Shown: positions 9,024-16,216 of the stretch, one piece after another
How the letters are laid out: every line of letters begins with the position of its first letter
Numbering within the stretch: the stretch's first letter is position 1
IMG/VR virus record: IMGVR_UViG_3300030376_003448
Reading direction: 5' to 3' (one strand)
Length of the DNA: 20,000 nt
From: an uncultured virus (IMG/VR IMGVR_UViG_3300030376_003448)
Lineage: Duplodnaviria; Heunggongvirae; Uroviricota; Caudoviricetes
Translations under genes and position numbers: made by a program
The notes under the pieces: generated by a model
Database searches by the model: none
The model's input: only the letters and a program-made list of their open reading frames with translations
Told to the model about the DNA's origin: nothing

Positions 9024-9200
9024 AAAAAATTAAAACGCTTTACTGCTCTCCATATTTTTATTTCTTTTATTTCTTCAAAGGTGTTTTAGAATTACTTTCT
9101 TCTTTACCTTAACACACTATTGAATTAATTGAAGAATTAGTAAATAGGCTTTCAGTGTCACGGTTTTTTATTTATGTGATATCGAAACCAACAAAAAGAA
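9024..9200. other. AT-rich intergenic region with inverted repeats; candidate origin or regulatory region
   Basis: Longest non-coding stretch in the window. Inverted repeats AAGCGT(9018-9023)/ACGCTT(9035-9040) and TTCTTCAA(9071-9078)/TTGAAGAA(9129-9136). Confidence 0.35.
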
Positions 9201-9401
9201 TTAGGAATCTATTTCTTTCTTTCTGTGATAAAAGTCATATTCATCTAACTGTAAAGTCATACCATTCTCACCACACTCGACTATATCAGATAGTACAACG
9301 TCACCTTTCCATTCAAAGGCTACAATTACAGGCCAGTGTCCTTTACCTTCGTCCATCATTTTCTCGCATATTTCTTTAAGCTCGTCTATTGTCATCGTCA
9401 T
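9201..9401 (-). CDS. Hypothetical protein
   Basis: 66 aa from ATG 9401 (MTMTIDELKEI...), immediately after the upstream stop. Confidence 0.65.
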   Translation of the reverse strand: MTMTIDELKEICEKMMDEGKGHWPVIVAFEWKGDVVLSDIVECGENGMTLQLDEYDFYHRKKEIDS

Positions 9402-9402
9402 A

Positions 9403-10224
9403 TTAGTAACCCCGTAATGCCCACGTATAATATTCTTTCTGTAACTTAGTTTTATCGTGGAAATCATTTAACCTATCTGCGTTTATCATTTTCTTTTCAA
9501 TGCTTTCTGGTAACTTACTAAGCACATCTTGACTAAACTTATCTAAGCTAGAGTGAATTCCTTCAAGGACATCACCAAGCTCTCCCGCCTCTATTGTGTG
9601 AACCCACCCTACTACCCTGTGGTATTTCTCCACAAGCATAGTAGCACCGGTAGGTGTTTCTATCGTACCCCAAATGTAGGTATTGTTATTGACAGATAAT
9701 ATATTTATCCTAAACTTATAGAGTCTTGTGTGTCTAAGAACATTATCTTTTGTGAAGCGCATATACGGGTACATTCTACCTTTGTAACTTATTCTAGGCA
9801 ACCCATCCTTCTCGTAACCGCTTAGGTAATTAGCGTCTATGAAATCATATGTTGTTTGAAGATACTTACTACCGGTATCTGATGTGAGGATATTTATTAT
9901 CGAGCCTTCATCATGCCATACATCTATCTTCATCTTTGGTTGGCTATCTATGTAGCCTTGTAGGATTTCCTTTAGCGGTGGTCTGTGGGTTGGTAATACA
10001 TCATAGATGGTCTGCATCATTTCTTTGTACTGTAATGTTGGGTCTATGCACTTCAAGAAAGCGAAAAGGATATGCCGGTCCTTTATCTCGTACTGTTTGT
10101 TGTGTTGTGATAGTAACACCATAGGGTGTTTTCTACCATTACTTTTAACCTTATTATACTCTCTAGCTTCTACAACCTTCAAGCCCTTAAGACTTAGCGA
10201 CTTGTATCTACTGCTCACTGGCAT
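9403..10224 (-). CDS. Hypothetical protein
   Basis: 273-aa ORF; no motif recognised. Confidence 0.75.
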   Translation of the reverse strand: MPVSSRYKSLSLKGLKVVEAREYNKVKSNGRKHPMVLLSQHNKQYEIKDRHILFAFLKCIDPTLQYKEMMQTIYDVLPTHRPPLKEILQGYIDSQPKMKIDVWHDEGSIINILTSDTGSKYLQTTYDFIDANYLSGYEKDGLPRISYKGRMYPYMRFTKDNVLRHTRLYKFRINILSVNNNTYIWGTIETPTGATMLVEKYHRVVGWVHTIEAGELGDVLEGIHSSLDKFSQDVLSKLPESIEKKMINADRLNDFHDKTKLQKEYYTWALRGY

Positions 10225-10462
10225 CTCTCCACTGTTTGTTTTTTGCTTTCACTCTGTTAGCTTTGCTCATGGTAGTCTTGAATTCCTTTACCATGTACTG
10301 AGGAGTCTTCTGCTTGAAGGAGCCTATACTCATCCACTTGGTACAGTCTTCTACTAACTGCCTAAGCTCATTGACTTCTTTGTTATTGGTATATGGGAAT
10401 ACCTCGTTGGCTTTCTCAGCCTCCTTTTTTTTATCCTCAAGATAATCCGTGTACTTCCTCAT
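10208..10462 (-). CDS. Hypothetical basic protein
   Basis: 84-aa ORF with an ATGA overlap to the upstream gene. Confidence 0.7.
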   Translation of the reverse strand: MRKYTDYLEDKKKEAEKANEVFPYTNNKEVNELRQLVEDCTKWMSIGSFKQKTPQYMVKEFKTTMSKANRVKAKNKQWRDASEQ

Positions 10463-10728
10463 ATCTCCGCACCTTCTTCATCGTAGTAGTATCTGTTTAC
10501 CTTGTATGTTGTAGTACCAAACTGACTTAGTGTATCGCTTAACTGCTCTCTGACATTACCCTTCCTTATACCCTTCATACCTCTAATCAGATTACTGATA
10601 TGCCTAGCATTACTGATGTACTTTTTCCTCTTGGGGTTCATCCTCTCTAGAATCTGGTCTGCCGTAAGACCGTCTGGATTCGCCTTGAGTGTCCTTATTA
10701 TCTCGTTTCTAACTCCCTGCTTTCTCAT
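10459..10728 (-). CDS. Winged-helix DNA-binding protein
   Basis: 'EIIRTLKANPDGLTADQILERM...NARHISNLIRGMKGI'. Start reassigned to ATG 10728, 41 nt from the repeat motif. Confidence 0.6.
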   Translation of the reverse strand: MRKQGVRNEIIRTLKANPDGLTADQILERMNPKRKKYISNARHISNLIRGMKGIRKGNVREQLSDTLSQFGTTTYKVNRYYYDEEGAEI

Positions 10729-10750
10729 AAAATCCCCACTCTTTTTGTAT

Positions 10751-10783
10751 GTATAAGTATTTCTATTCTGATTCGCAAGCGTC
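10751..10783 (-). promoter_or_regulatory. Repeat promoter module copy 2 (variant)
   Basis: Plus strand gtataag...gattcgcaagcgtc. Overlaps the 3' end of the upstream gene (…DDACESE*). Confidence 0.6.
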
Positions 10784-11062
10784 GTCTGGATGCACACCAT
10801 ATTTTGCTTCGTGTGCGTTGTTTATTATATCTATTAAGTCTTGGTCCTTGATAGCTTTATTAGCTATGTTCACATCGTTTATCAAACGCTGAACATAGAC
10901 ACTAGCATCTAGTAGCTCCTCTTGGAGATGCACTAACCACTCTGTAATGTTAAGGTCTTCTCTTTCCATAGTAACTCCGTACTTGGTTTTACCAACCTTA
11001 GCTCTATGCCTTATTTTCCATATTACTTTTTCCTCAATACTACTCAATCTTACCACGTCCAT
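10763..11062 (-). CDS. MazG-like/all-alpha NTP pyrophosphohydrolase-type phage protein
   Basis: 'RAKVGKTKYGVTMEREDL...EWLVHLQEELLDASVY', an EExxD acidic motif seen in a widespread phage family. Confidence 0.5.
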   Translation of the reverse strand: MDVVRLSSIEEKVIWKIRHRAKVGKTKYGVTMEREDLNITEWLVHLQEELLDASVYVQRLINDVNIANKAIKDQDLIDIINNAHEAKYGVHPDDACESE

Positions 11063-11360
11063 TGTTGTAATTCTCATAATGCTTATCGTAATCCTTTTGA
11101 CTACAAGTAAAAAGGTACGAACCATTTGGAGAAGTCTTATGCTTCTTGAACATCTTGTTCCTACATAACTTAGCTAGGAATGAGTGATAGTGTATAGTGC
11201 CTCTTTTATTACGGTAAAGGTTCCCATTTTTGTAGGTCATATTCTCAAAGATATTTAGAGCGGTGCATGGTTTATCTTGTTCTATCAACCAACGACCCGC
11301 ACACTCAAAGGCTCTAGCGAACCGTGTCTTTCTGGCATTGATACCGTTCAGCTCTTTCAT
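11040..11360 (-). CDS. Putative winged-helix protein
   Basis: 'WLIEQDKPCTALNIFENM...YHSFLAKLCRNKMFKK'. Start reassigned to ATG 11360 (ATGA overlap). Confidence 0.5.
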   Translation of the reverse strand: MKELNGINARKTRFARAFECAGRWLIEQDKPCTALNIFENMTYKNGNLYRNKRGTIHYHSFLAKLCRNKMFKKHKTSPNGSYLFTCSQKDYDKHYENYNNGRGKIE

Positions 11361-11428
11361 CTGTTCCACCTGTCCCGCCAACAACCGCACTGTCTATCGT
11401 TGTGATGCCCACACAATAAACACTTCAT
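11357..11428 (-). CDS. 23-aa Cys/His-rich microprotein (not in ORF track)
   Basis: MKCLLCGHHNDRQCGCWRDRWNR*. ATG directly follows the upstream TAA, and the stop overlaps the next ATG (ATGA). Confidence 0.55.
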   Translation of the reverse strand: MKCLLCGHHNDRQCGCWRDRWNR

Positions 11429-11581
11429 TTATCTAGCCTCCACATCTGGAATCCAGTCGCCGTTCTGGTACTCGTCGTAGCAACAATCGCACACGACATC
11501 ACCCCACTCGTTGAAGAAGTAGATGGTAGTACCTTCCCCATCTTCAATGGCGTTATCACAATCCTCTAGCTCACAAATCAT
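11429..11581 (-). CDS. 50-aa acidic Zn-finger microprotein (not in ORF track)
   Basis: MICELEDCDNAIEDGEGTTIYFFNEWGDVVCDCCYDEYQNGDWIPDVEAR*, ATGA-coupled. Confidence 0.7.
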   Translation of the reverse strand: MICELEDCDNAIEDGEGTTIYFFNEWGDVVCDCCYDEYQNGDWIPDVEAR

Positions 11582-11718
11582 TCTTCCTCATCTTCCCACT
11601 TCTCTACAAGACCAACGTACTTCTCTCCATCAGGAAAGTACACAGTGATATACAGATGACCCTTCTTGTGGTAGTCATCCACTGTGACTGTTGGCTCATT
11701 CTCTGTGTTAATTGCCAT
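11578..11718 (-). CDS. 46-aa hypothetical protein (not in ORF track)
   Basis: MAINTENEPTVTVDDYHKKGHLYITVYFPDGEKYVGLVEKWEDEEE*. SD AGGAGG; ATG 40 nt from the repeat motif. Confidence 0.75.
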   Translation of the reverse strand: MAINTENEPTVTVDDYHKKGHLYITVYFPDGEKYVGLVEKWEDEEE

Positions 11719-11741
11719 ATCTATGCCTCCTAGTCTTTTCT

Positions 11742-11771
11742 CTTAACTGTTGTCCTGTGTATCGCAAGCGT
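11742..11771 (-). promoter_or_regulatory. Repeat promoter module copy 3
   Basis: Plus strand cttaactgttgtcctgtgtatcgcaagcgt. Confidence 0.75.
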
Positions 11772-11925
11772 ACATATTATTTTCTTCTAACAATCTGTAA
11801 TCAGCTTCGCTCAATCTCTTGTCTACCTGTGTCTTTCTCCAACGACCTAGTACGCCGTTGTTTACTCCTCTTACATTCTTTCCCTTGTTGTATCTTCTTC
11901 TCATTCTTTTTCCTGTGCTACTCAT
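11743..11925 (-). CDS. Small basic hypothetical protein
   Basis: MSSTGKRMRRRY..., ATGA-coupled to the upstream gene. Reads through the repeat (…YACDTQDNS*) and stops in its TTAA. Confidence 0.6.
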   Translation of the reverse strand: MSSTGKRMRRRYNKGKNVRGVNNGVLGRWRKTQVDKRLSEADYRLLEENNMYACDTQDNS

Positions 11926-12445
11926 TGTATCATCTCCATCGGCCACCAATCGGGGGCATCTCTACCCTTCTTCCACTGGGCGAATCTACTTTTATCGTGA
12001 ATGTAGTAGTCACGATATGCGGTGACGGCACACTCGTTTTTGTAATCATCGGGCATGGCCTGTGCAAATGGCGTTAGCTCTCCTTCNNNNNNNNNNCTTC
12101 TGGTATCAAGTGCGCCATGATGTATAGATGCTCTATACCCTTCTCGCATGAATGAACCTTGTCGAATCTCTTGGTATACTCGTCGCATAGCATAGCACCG
12201 TGGTAACAAGCCCATAGGAAGTTAGACCTAGAATCACCCACCCAACGGGTACAGGGGTGATTGTGGTAGCCACCACGTAGCGGTGTGCCTTTACTTGTTA
12301 GTGGCATCATGTCGGGTGTAGCACCGTGACGGATGACGGCGGAGCCTAACTGTTGGTAAAGCTCCACGACCATCTTAGGAACGTGCTTGTCACAGTACAT
12401 CTTTGCTGACTGTATCGGGTCTTCATCTAGTATGAATATGTTCAC
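11922..12445 (-). CDS. Pyrimidine dimer DNA glycosylase / T4 endonuclease V-like family protein (split only by an assembly gap)
   Basis: 'MNIFILDEDP...CDKHVPKM...HNHPCTRW...EYTKRF.KVH...LTPFAQAMPD.YK...AVTAYRDYY...K...PDWW'. Removing the 10 Ns (12087-12096) and the duplicated CTTC gives an in-frame 169-aa ORF. Confidence 0.8.
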
Positions 12446-12702
12446 TGTATCTCCTCCAAATAATCTCGTAGGTATAGTCCTCGTCTTACAGGCTTCTCTA
12501 GTGCCGGGTCTTTATCAAGTTTGGGTTCCGATGTCGCAAGCGTGAGTATTAACTTTTTGTTATAGATTTTTTCGTAGTTTGCGAAGCACGTCGGACACTC
12601 TGGTAGCTTTGCGTACTCGGCATCGGTGACGTACTCACCGGACTCTGGTACAGGCGTACCACAGAGCCTATCATGATGTCCTAATGAGATATGCTTCATC
12701 AT
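12442..12702 (-). CDS. Hypothetical protein with possible Zn-binding residues
   Basis: H...LCG...CPTC. Start reassigned to ATG 12702 (SD GAGGAG). Confidence 0.65.
   Translation of the reverse strand: MMKHISLGHHDRLCGTPVPESGEYVTDAEYAKLPECPTCFANYEKIYNKKLILTLATSEPKLDKDPALEKPVRRGLYLRDYLEEIQ
12511..12543 (-). promoter_or_regulatory. Degenerate intragenic copy of the repeat motif (copy 4)
   Basis: Plus strand tttatcaa...gatgtcgcaagcgt inside CDS 12442-12702. No ATG at the 40-nt position. Confidence 0.35.
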
Positions 12703-12761
12703 TCTAAGTCCCACTCCTCAAAGACCCACTCGTCTGTTTCAATCCTTACTACTAGCTTCAT
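12699..12761 (-). CDS. 20-aa micro-ORF (not in ORF track)
   Basis: MKLVVRIETDEWVFEEWDLE*, with ATGA overlaps at both ends exactly filling the gap. Confidence 0.5.
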   Translation of the reverse strand: MKLVVRIETDEWVFEEWDLE

Positions 12762-12991
12762 GCTTCTTTCTCCTTGTAATCTGGATGCTCCTCTGGTAGT
12801 AAGTGCCTTCTTCGCTCCATCATATTGACAAGCAGTTTCGTCAGTTTCTTAGCTCCCTTGTCGAATCTTTCCTCCGCTTTGTTTTTTCTTGGACCTACTA
12901 CCATAGTTTCTTTTACGATAGATATATCTATGTCATCAAGGATATGTTGTAGTATCTCGTACTCAACATGGGGTATTGTTTGGCATCTCAT
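12758..12991 (-). CDS. Hypothetical protein
   Basis: 77-aa ORF, ATGA-coupled. Confidence 0.7.
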   Translation of the reverse strand: MRCQTIPHVEYEILQHILDDIDISIVKETMVVGPRKNKAEERFDKGAKKLTKLLVNMMERRRHLLPEEHPDYKEKEA

Positions 12992-13155
12992 TCCTCATCA
13001 TCTCCGTGGTCCCAAAGGATTCGCTGACACAATGCGAGTATCAATGTTCGGTATTGTGCTTCGATATCTGATAGGTCATCATCGTCCCAATTCTCGTAGC
13101 AATCAAGAAGGTCGCCGTATGTATTCTCAAATCTGCAATAACTCATATTACTCAT
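12988..13155 (-). CDS. Conserved phage hypothetical protein (MSNMSYCRFENT type)
   Basis: True start likely ATG 13155 with SD GGGGAG. The N-terminus resembles a common small phage family. Confidence 0.7.
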   Translation of the reverse strand: MSNMSYCRFENTYGDLLDCYENWDDDDLSDIEAQYRTLILALCQRILWDHGDDEE

Positions 13156-13588
13156 GGCAACCACACTCCCCTGCCTTGTGCATGTTGTATGGCATACCGT
13201 GGTTGCACACATCATAGACCCCGGCTTTCTTCCTATACTCATGAGCTTTCTCTGATATTCTCCATGCCCTAGCCTGTCTTCTCCTCTGTGGCTCGACAAT
13301 GAATTCTTGTTCTAGGCTTTCAACGTAGTCTGAAAACTCCTCCTCTGTGATTGTTGATGTAGTCCAATCATACCTGTTCTTCTTAACATTCCAACCCGGT
13401 GTTTCTGGTCCATCCATAGATGAACCCATCTCAAGCAACCACTCATACAGATTCATGTGTCTGTGGTCACTTGGGTATGAGTTACTGTCATCCATGTAAC
13501 TGACAAACCAGCTTAGGTAGTCGGCCTCCCTCTCAATATTCGTTCTTACCCTCATGGGGTTCTTCTCCTGTGTCGCTTTTTGCTCCAT
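13148..13588 (-). CDS. Hypothetical protein with C-terminal Cys/His cluster
   Basis: 146 aa ending CNHG...H..GECGCHE. ATG 39 nt from the repeat motif. Confidence 0.75.
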   Translation of the reverse strand: MEQKATQEKNPMRVRTNIEREADYLSWFVSYMDDSNSYPSDHRHMNLYEWLLEMGSSMDGPETPGWNVKKNRYDWTTSTITEEEFSDYVESLEQEFIVEPQRRRQARAWRISEKAHEYRKKAGVYDVCNHGMPYNMHKAGECGCHE

Positions 13589-13610
13589 GATACTCCATCG
13601 AAGCCGTACC

Positions 13611-13641
13611 TTTAACTGTTCCGTTCTGTGTCACAAGCGTC
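13611..13641 (-). promoter_or_regulatory. Repeat promoter module copy 5
   Basis: Plus strand tttaactgttccgttctgtgtcacaagcgtc. Confidence 0.85.
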
Positions 13642-13687
13642 ACCATTCGACTTGTGACCCGACGACGGGGGTAAGTTACTATTACCG

Positions 13688-13780
13688 TTATTCTTCTTCT
13701 GACCTTATCCAAAATCTCTTTCCACATACTCGACACCTTGACTCCCCGACTACTCTAGGGCATACCTTACAATCTGACAT
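13688..13780 (-). CDS. 30-aa CxxC...CxxC Zn-ribbon microprotein (not in ORF track)
   Basis: MSDCKVCPRVVGESRCRVCGKRFWIRSEEE*, with SD-like AGAGG. Confidence 0.65.
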   Translation of the reverse strand: MSDCKVCPRVVGESRCRVCGKRFWIRSEEE

Positions 13781-13892
13781 AGCCGTTGCCTCTACAATAG
13801 TCACAAGCATCTTGTTCCTTTTCACCTGTCATAGCCGTGTAGTGTATTGTGAAACCTCGGCCTCGACAAGCTGAACAAGTTACTTTTACCAT
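13767..13892 (-). CDS. 41-aa DnaJ-type Zn-finger microprotein (not in ORF track)
   Basis: MVKVTCSACRGRGFTIHYTAMTGEKEQDACDYCRGNGYVRL*, two CxxCxGxG repeats. Confidence 0.75.
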   Translation of the reverse strand: MVKVTCSACRGRGFTIHYTAMTGEKEQDACDYCRGNGYVRL

Positions 13893-13900
13893 AGTATTAC

Positions 13901-14101
13901 CTACTGTGGGATAACTCCATCCTCTCGTAACTGGTCGTAGTTATCCATCCATGATTTTAGTACCTTATGGGCCGTCTTTCTGTCTAGGTCACAATGCTCT
14001 ACTAGGTAGGGCGTAGCACCAAACATGTTGGTTGCTCCCGACTGCCTTAGCACCTCAAGGAAGATGTAGTGTTCTCTCCACTCTGGATTGTAAGGCATCA
14101 T
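13901..14101 (-). CDS. Conserved small hypothetical protein
   Basis: 'FLEVLRQSGATNMFGATPYL' motif typical of a phage small-protein family. Confidence 0.75.
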   Translation of the reverse strand: MMPYNPEWREHYIFLEVLRQSGATNMFGATPYLVEHCDLDRKTAHKVLKSWMDNYDQLREDGVIPQ

Positions 14102-14292
14102 ATCATCTCCATCATGTAGAGCATATCTTGTATCTTATCAGTTTCTTTTGTGGTAAATATAGTACCCGAGGACATGTGTATGTCATACGCCCATCTGTCT
14201 TCCGAAGGTATCTCGTACTGAACAATGCCACATATCTTACTTACATTTATCATAGTAGTACCGGCATTTGTCGTTAGCTTGATGTAAGTCAT
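14098..14292 (-). CDS. Hypothetical protein
   Basis: 64-aa beta-rich ORF, tightly coupled to neighbours. Confidence 0.7.
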   Translation of the reverse strand: MTYIKLTTNAGTTMINVSKICGIVQYEIPSEDRWAYDIHMSSGTIFTTKETDKIQDMLYMMEMI

Positions 14293-14652
14293 CTACTCGC
14301 CCCCCTTCTCAATAAAATCAATACAAGTTATGGCGTGGGTCAATGCCTCTATCCAACCTTGATTGATGTAATCACCATTTTCATCGTGATTCTCATAATC
14401 GCCTATGGCTTCTTCGCAATCCTCTAATGTATCTTTTAGCTGAAGCCTTAGACTCTGCATGGGAGTCATGGCGGGCTTTGGTGTGCCTACCTCACTAATC
14501 ATGTCCCAGTTTCTTTCTAGGTCACGCTCTGTGAACATGTCATAGGCATCTGCGTACCAAAAGTTAGTACCACAGTCGCTAATATCCATTCTCTCAATCG
14601 TTATCTCTCTGTTGTTGTGTTTGTTTCTGTATGTTCCGTACATGTTTCTCAC
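14293..14652 (-). CDS. Hypothetical protein
   Basis: 119 aa. GTG start 42 nt from the repeat motif. Confidence 0.75.
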   Translation of the reverse strand: MRNMYGTYRNKHNNREITIERMDISDCGTNFWYADAYDMFTERDLERNWDMISEVGTPKPAMTPMQSLRLQLKDTLEDCEEAIGDYENHDENGDYINQGWIEALTHAITCIDFIEKGGE

Positions 14653-14677
14653 TTATCCTTTCCTCATATCCTTTACT

Positions 14678-14707
14678 TTTAACCTTGTTGTTCTGTGTCG
14701 CAAGCGT
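14678..14707 (-). promoter_or_regulatory. Repeat promoter module copy 6
   Basis: Plus strand tttaaccttgttgttctgtgtcgcaagcgt. Confidence 0.85.
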
Positions 14708-14714
14708 AATCTAC

Positions 14715-15110
14715 CTACATACACCCCGCCCAAAAATCAGCTTCGTACTCATCTGTTTCTCTGTTCCAGTGCATTAGGTATAGCTCACACGGCCATGAGT
14801 GACCCCACACCTGTAAGAAGGCGACTAAGCAGGGTGATAGACCTGTGACGTATAGGTTTACCCTGTTGGGTATTTCCCTATCATGTTCCTCTTTTATGAA
14901 GCCCATGTTCTTCTCTAACCACTCATCTACTACCCGCTCGTTACCACTAAAGTCCAACGGGTTCTCCACTACCTGCGGGAACACCGAGTCAGTCACGTCC
15001 GGTATCGGATGTCTAGAATCGCACAAGGCGACGTTATGCATCCTGTATTCTCTCATCATTCCATCATCTTCCTCAAAACCATATAGGTATATCTCGTCCA
15101 TTGTTGTCAT
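14715..15110 (-). CDS. Hypothetical alpha/beta protein
   Basis: 'RHPIP...VF...VNLYVTGLSPCLVAFL...LYLMHWNRETDEY'. Start may be 15101. Confidence 0.75.
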   Translation of the reverse strand: MTTMDEIYLYGFEEDDGMMREYRMHNVALCDSRHPIPDVTDSVFPQVVENPLDFSGNERVVDEWLEKNMGFIKEEHDREIPNRVNLYVTGLSPCLVAFLQVWGHSWPCELYLMHWNRETDEYEADFWAGCM

Positions 15111-15141
15111 CTCCTAAGTTATTTTTACTGTAATTGTTGGT

Positions 15142-15193
15142 GGGGTAGCCGGACGAAAATGAAAAGCAAACAAGAAGGAATGCCGACTACCCC
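15142..15193 (-). terminator. 11-bp GC-rich stem enclosing a 30-nt U-rich loop (terminator or RNA processing/stability element)
   Basis: Minus-strand GGGGUAGUCGG...CCGGCUACCCC with one U-G pair, just downstream of the DUF932 stop. Confidence 0.5.
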
Positions 15194-15206
15194 GATAAGT
15201 TTCTAT

Positions 15207-16193
15207 CTAAGCCACTATGCGGGCTACTGCCTCCCTCCAAGCTCTGTCCTTGGTTCTCATGCCGGTCCCTAGTAGGGCCGACTCGACTCTCTTTTCATTG
15301 ACCTTCTCACCCTTTCGGTCATAGACCCATGCGTGGTCTAGGTACTCGGTCACGGTGTTGAATGACTGCCATGCCGTACCTGCCATGCCTCCGGTCGTGT
15401 TATTCTCGGTCTTCTCAAGCTCTAGGAGTCTGTCAAGCGTGTTGTTTCCTCTGGTGGTAAGACCTAGAGGGTTGTCCGTCTTGTGTATCAGCTCCTCGTC
15501 TGACTTGAGGCCCATGGCGTCAATGTAGTATTGAATCCTATCACCTATCTCCATCTCTACTTCCATGAGCTTCGACGCTTGTGAAGCAAAGTGGTGATTC
15601 AAGTGGTCGGTGATTTTTAGTGCCTCTATTGCTTGGTTGATTCTCTCATCAATTCTTGATGAGTGACGGCATGAGAGGCTTCTGGGGTTGATGCCCGCAT
15701 CCCTCATCATGCTCTCTAGGTATGCGAATTGGTTGGTGCATTGCACTCTCTGGTTTGAGGGTATGAACCTAACACCCGAAGAACCATCGTGTGACCATAT
15801 GCCGTATATGTATTGGTCTATGTCATCCATCCCGGCAATCGTGAATCCTTCGGGCATTATCATACTAACATAGCCCTTTCTGCCTCCGTCAATCATGCCT
15901 ATGCGGTCATACTCAACCCTGCCTTCGCCCACTAAGCGGTCAAAGACCTTTAGCACATCGTTGTTTTGATATACTTTGTAGGTACTGCCCACGTTACCGA
16001 GGGGTTGTCCTGTGTCGTCCCTGTATGTAACACTGTGGCCCTTGTGGTGTATGAAATCCCCTCGGTGGTTCATGTACCCCGCCGGGGCTTTCTGGACTGT
16101 GAAGTCCAGCCCCGCATTTGCGAGGACTTCTTCTGCCGTCGTTCCTTCTGCCTGTTGCCCTAGTAGGGCGTATGCCGGTAATCTACCTGTCAT
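15207..16193 (-). CDS. DUF932/DUF945 family phage/plasmid protein (TIGR03299-like)
   Basis: 'AGLDFTVQK', 'RDDTGQPLGNVGSTYKVYQN', 'GGRK', 'SHDGS', 'RVQCTNQ', 'RHS', 'GTAWQSFNTVTEYLDH'. Confidence 0.88.
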   Translation of the reverse strand: MTGRLPAYALLGQQAEGTTAEEVLANAGLDFTVQKAPAGYMNHRGDFIHHKGHSVTYRDDTGQPLGNVGSTYKVYQNNDVLKVFDRLVGEGRVEYDRIGMIDGGRKGYVSMIMPEGFTIAGMDDIDQYIYGIWSHDGSSGVRFIPSNQRVQCTNQFAYLESMMRDAGINPRSLSCRHSSRIDERINQAIEALKITDHLNHHFASQASKLMEVEMEIGDRIQYYIDAMGLKSDEELIHKTDNPLGLTTRGNNTLDRLLELEKTENNTTGGMAGTAWQSFNTVTEYLDHAWVYDRKGEKVNEKRVESALLGTGMRTKDRAWREAVARIVA

Positions 16194-16216
16194 ATTATCT
16201 CCTCTCCTTCATTCCT

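Noticed and set aside
12074..12215. Pseudogene or programmed frameshift in the glycosylase
   Set aside because: The frame break coincides with the 10-N scaffold gap and resolves by merging a 4-nt overlap.
13533..13736. 67-aa minus-strand ORF
   Set aside because: It crosses module copy 5 and overlaps both the better-supported Zn-ribbon ORF 13688-13780 and CDS 13148-13588.
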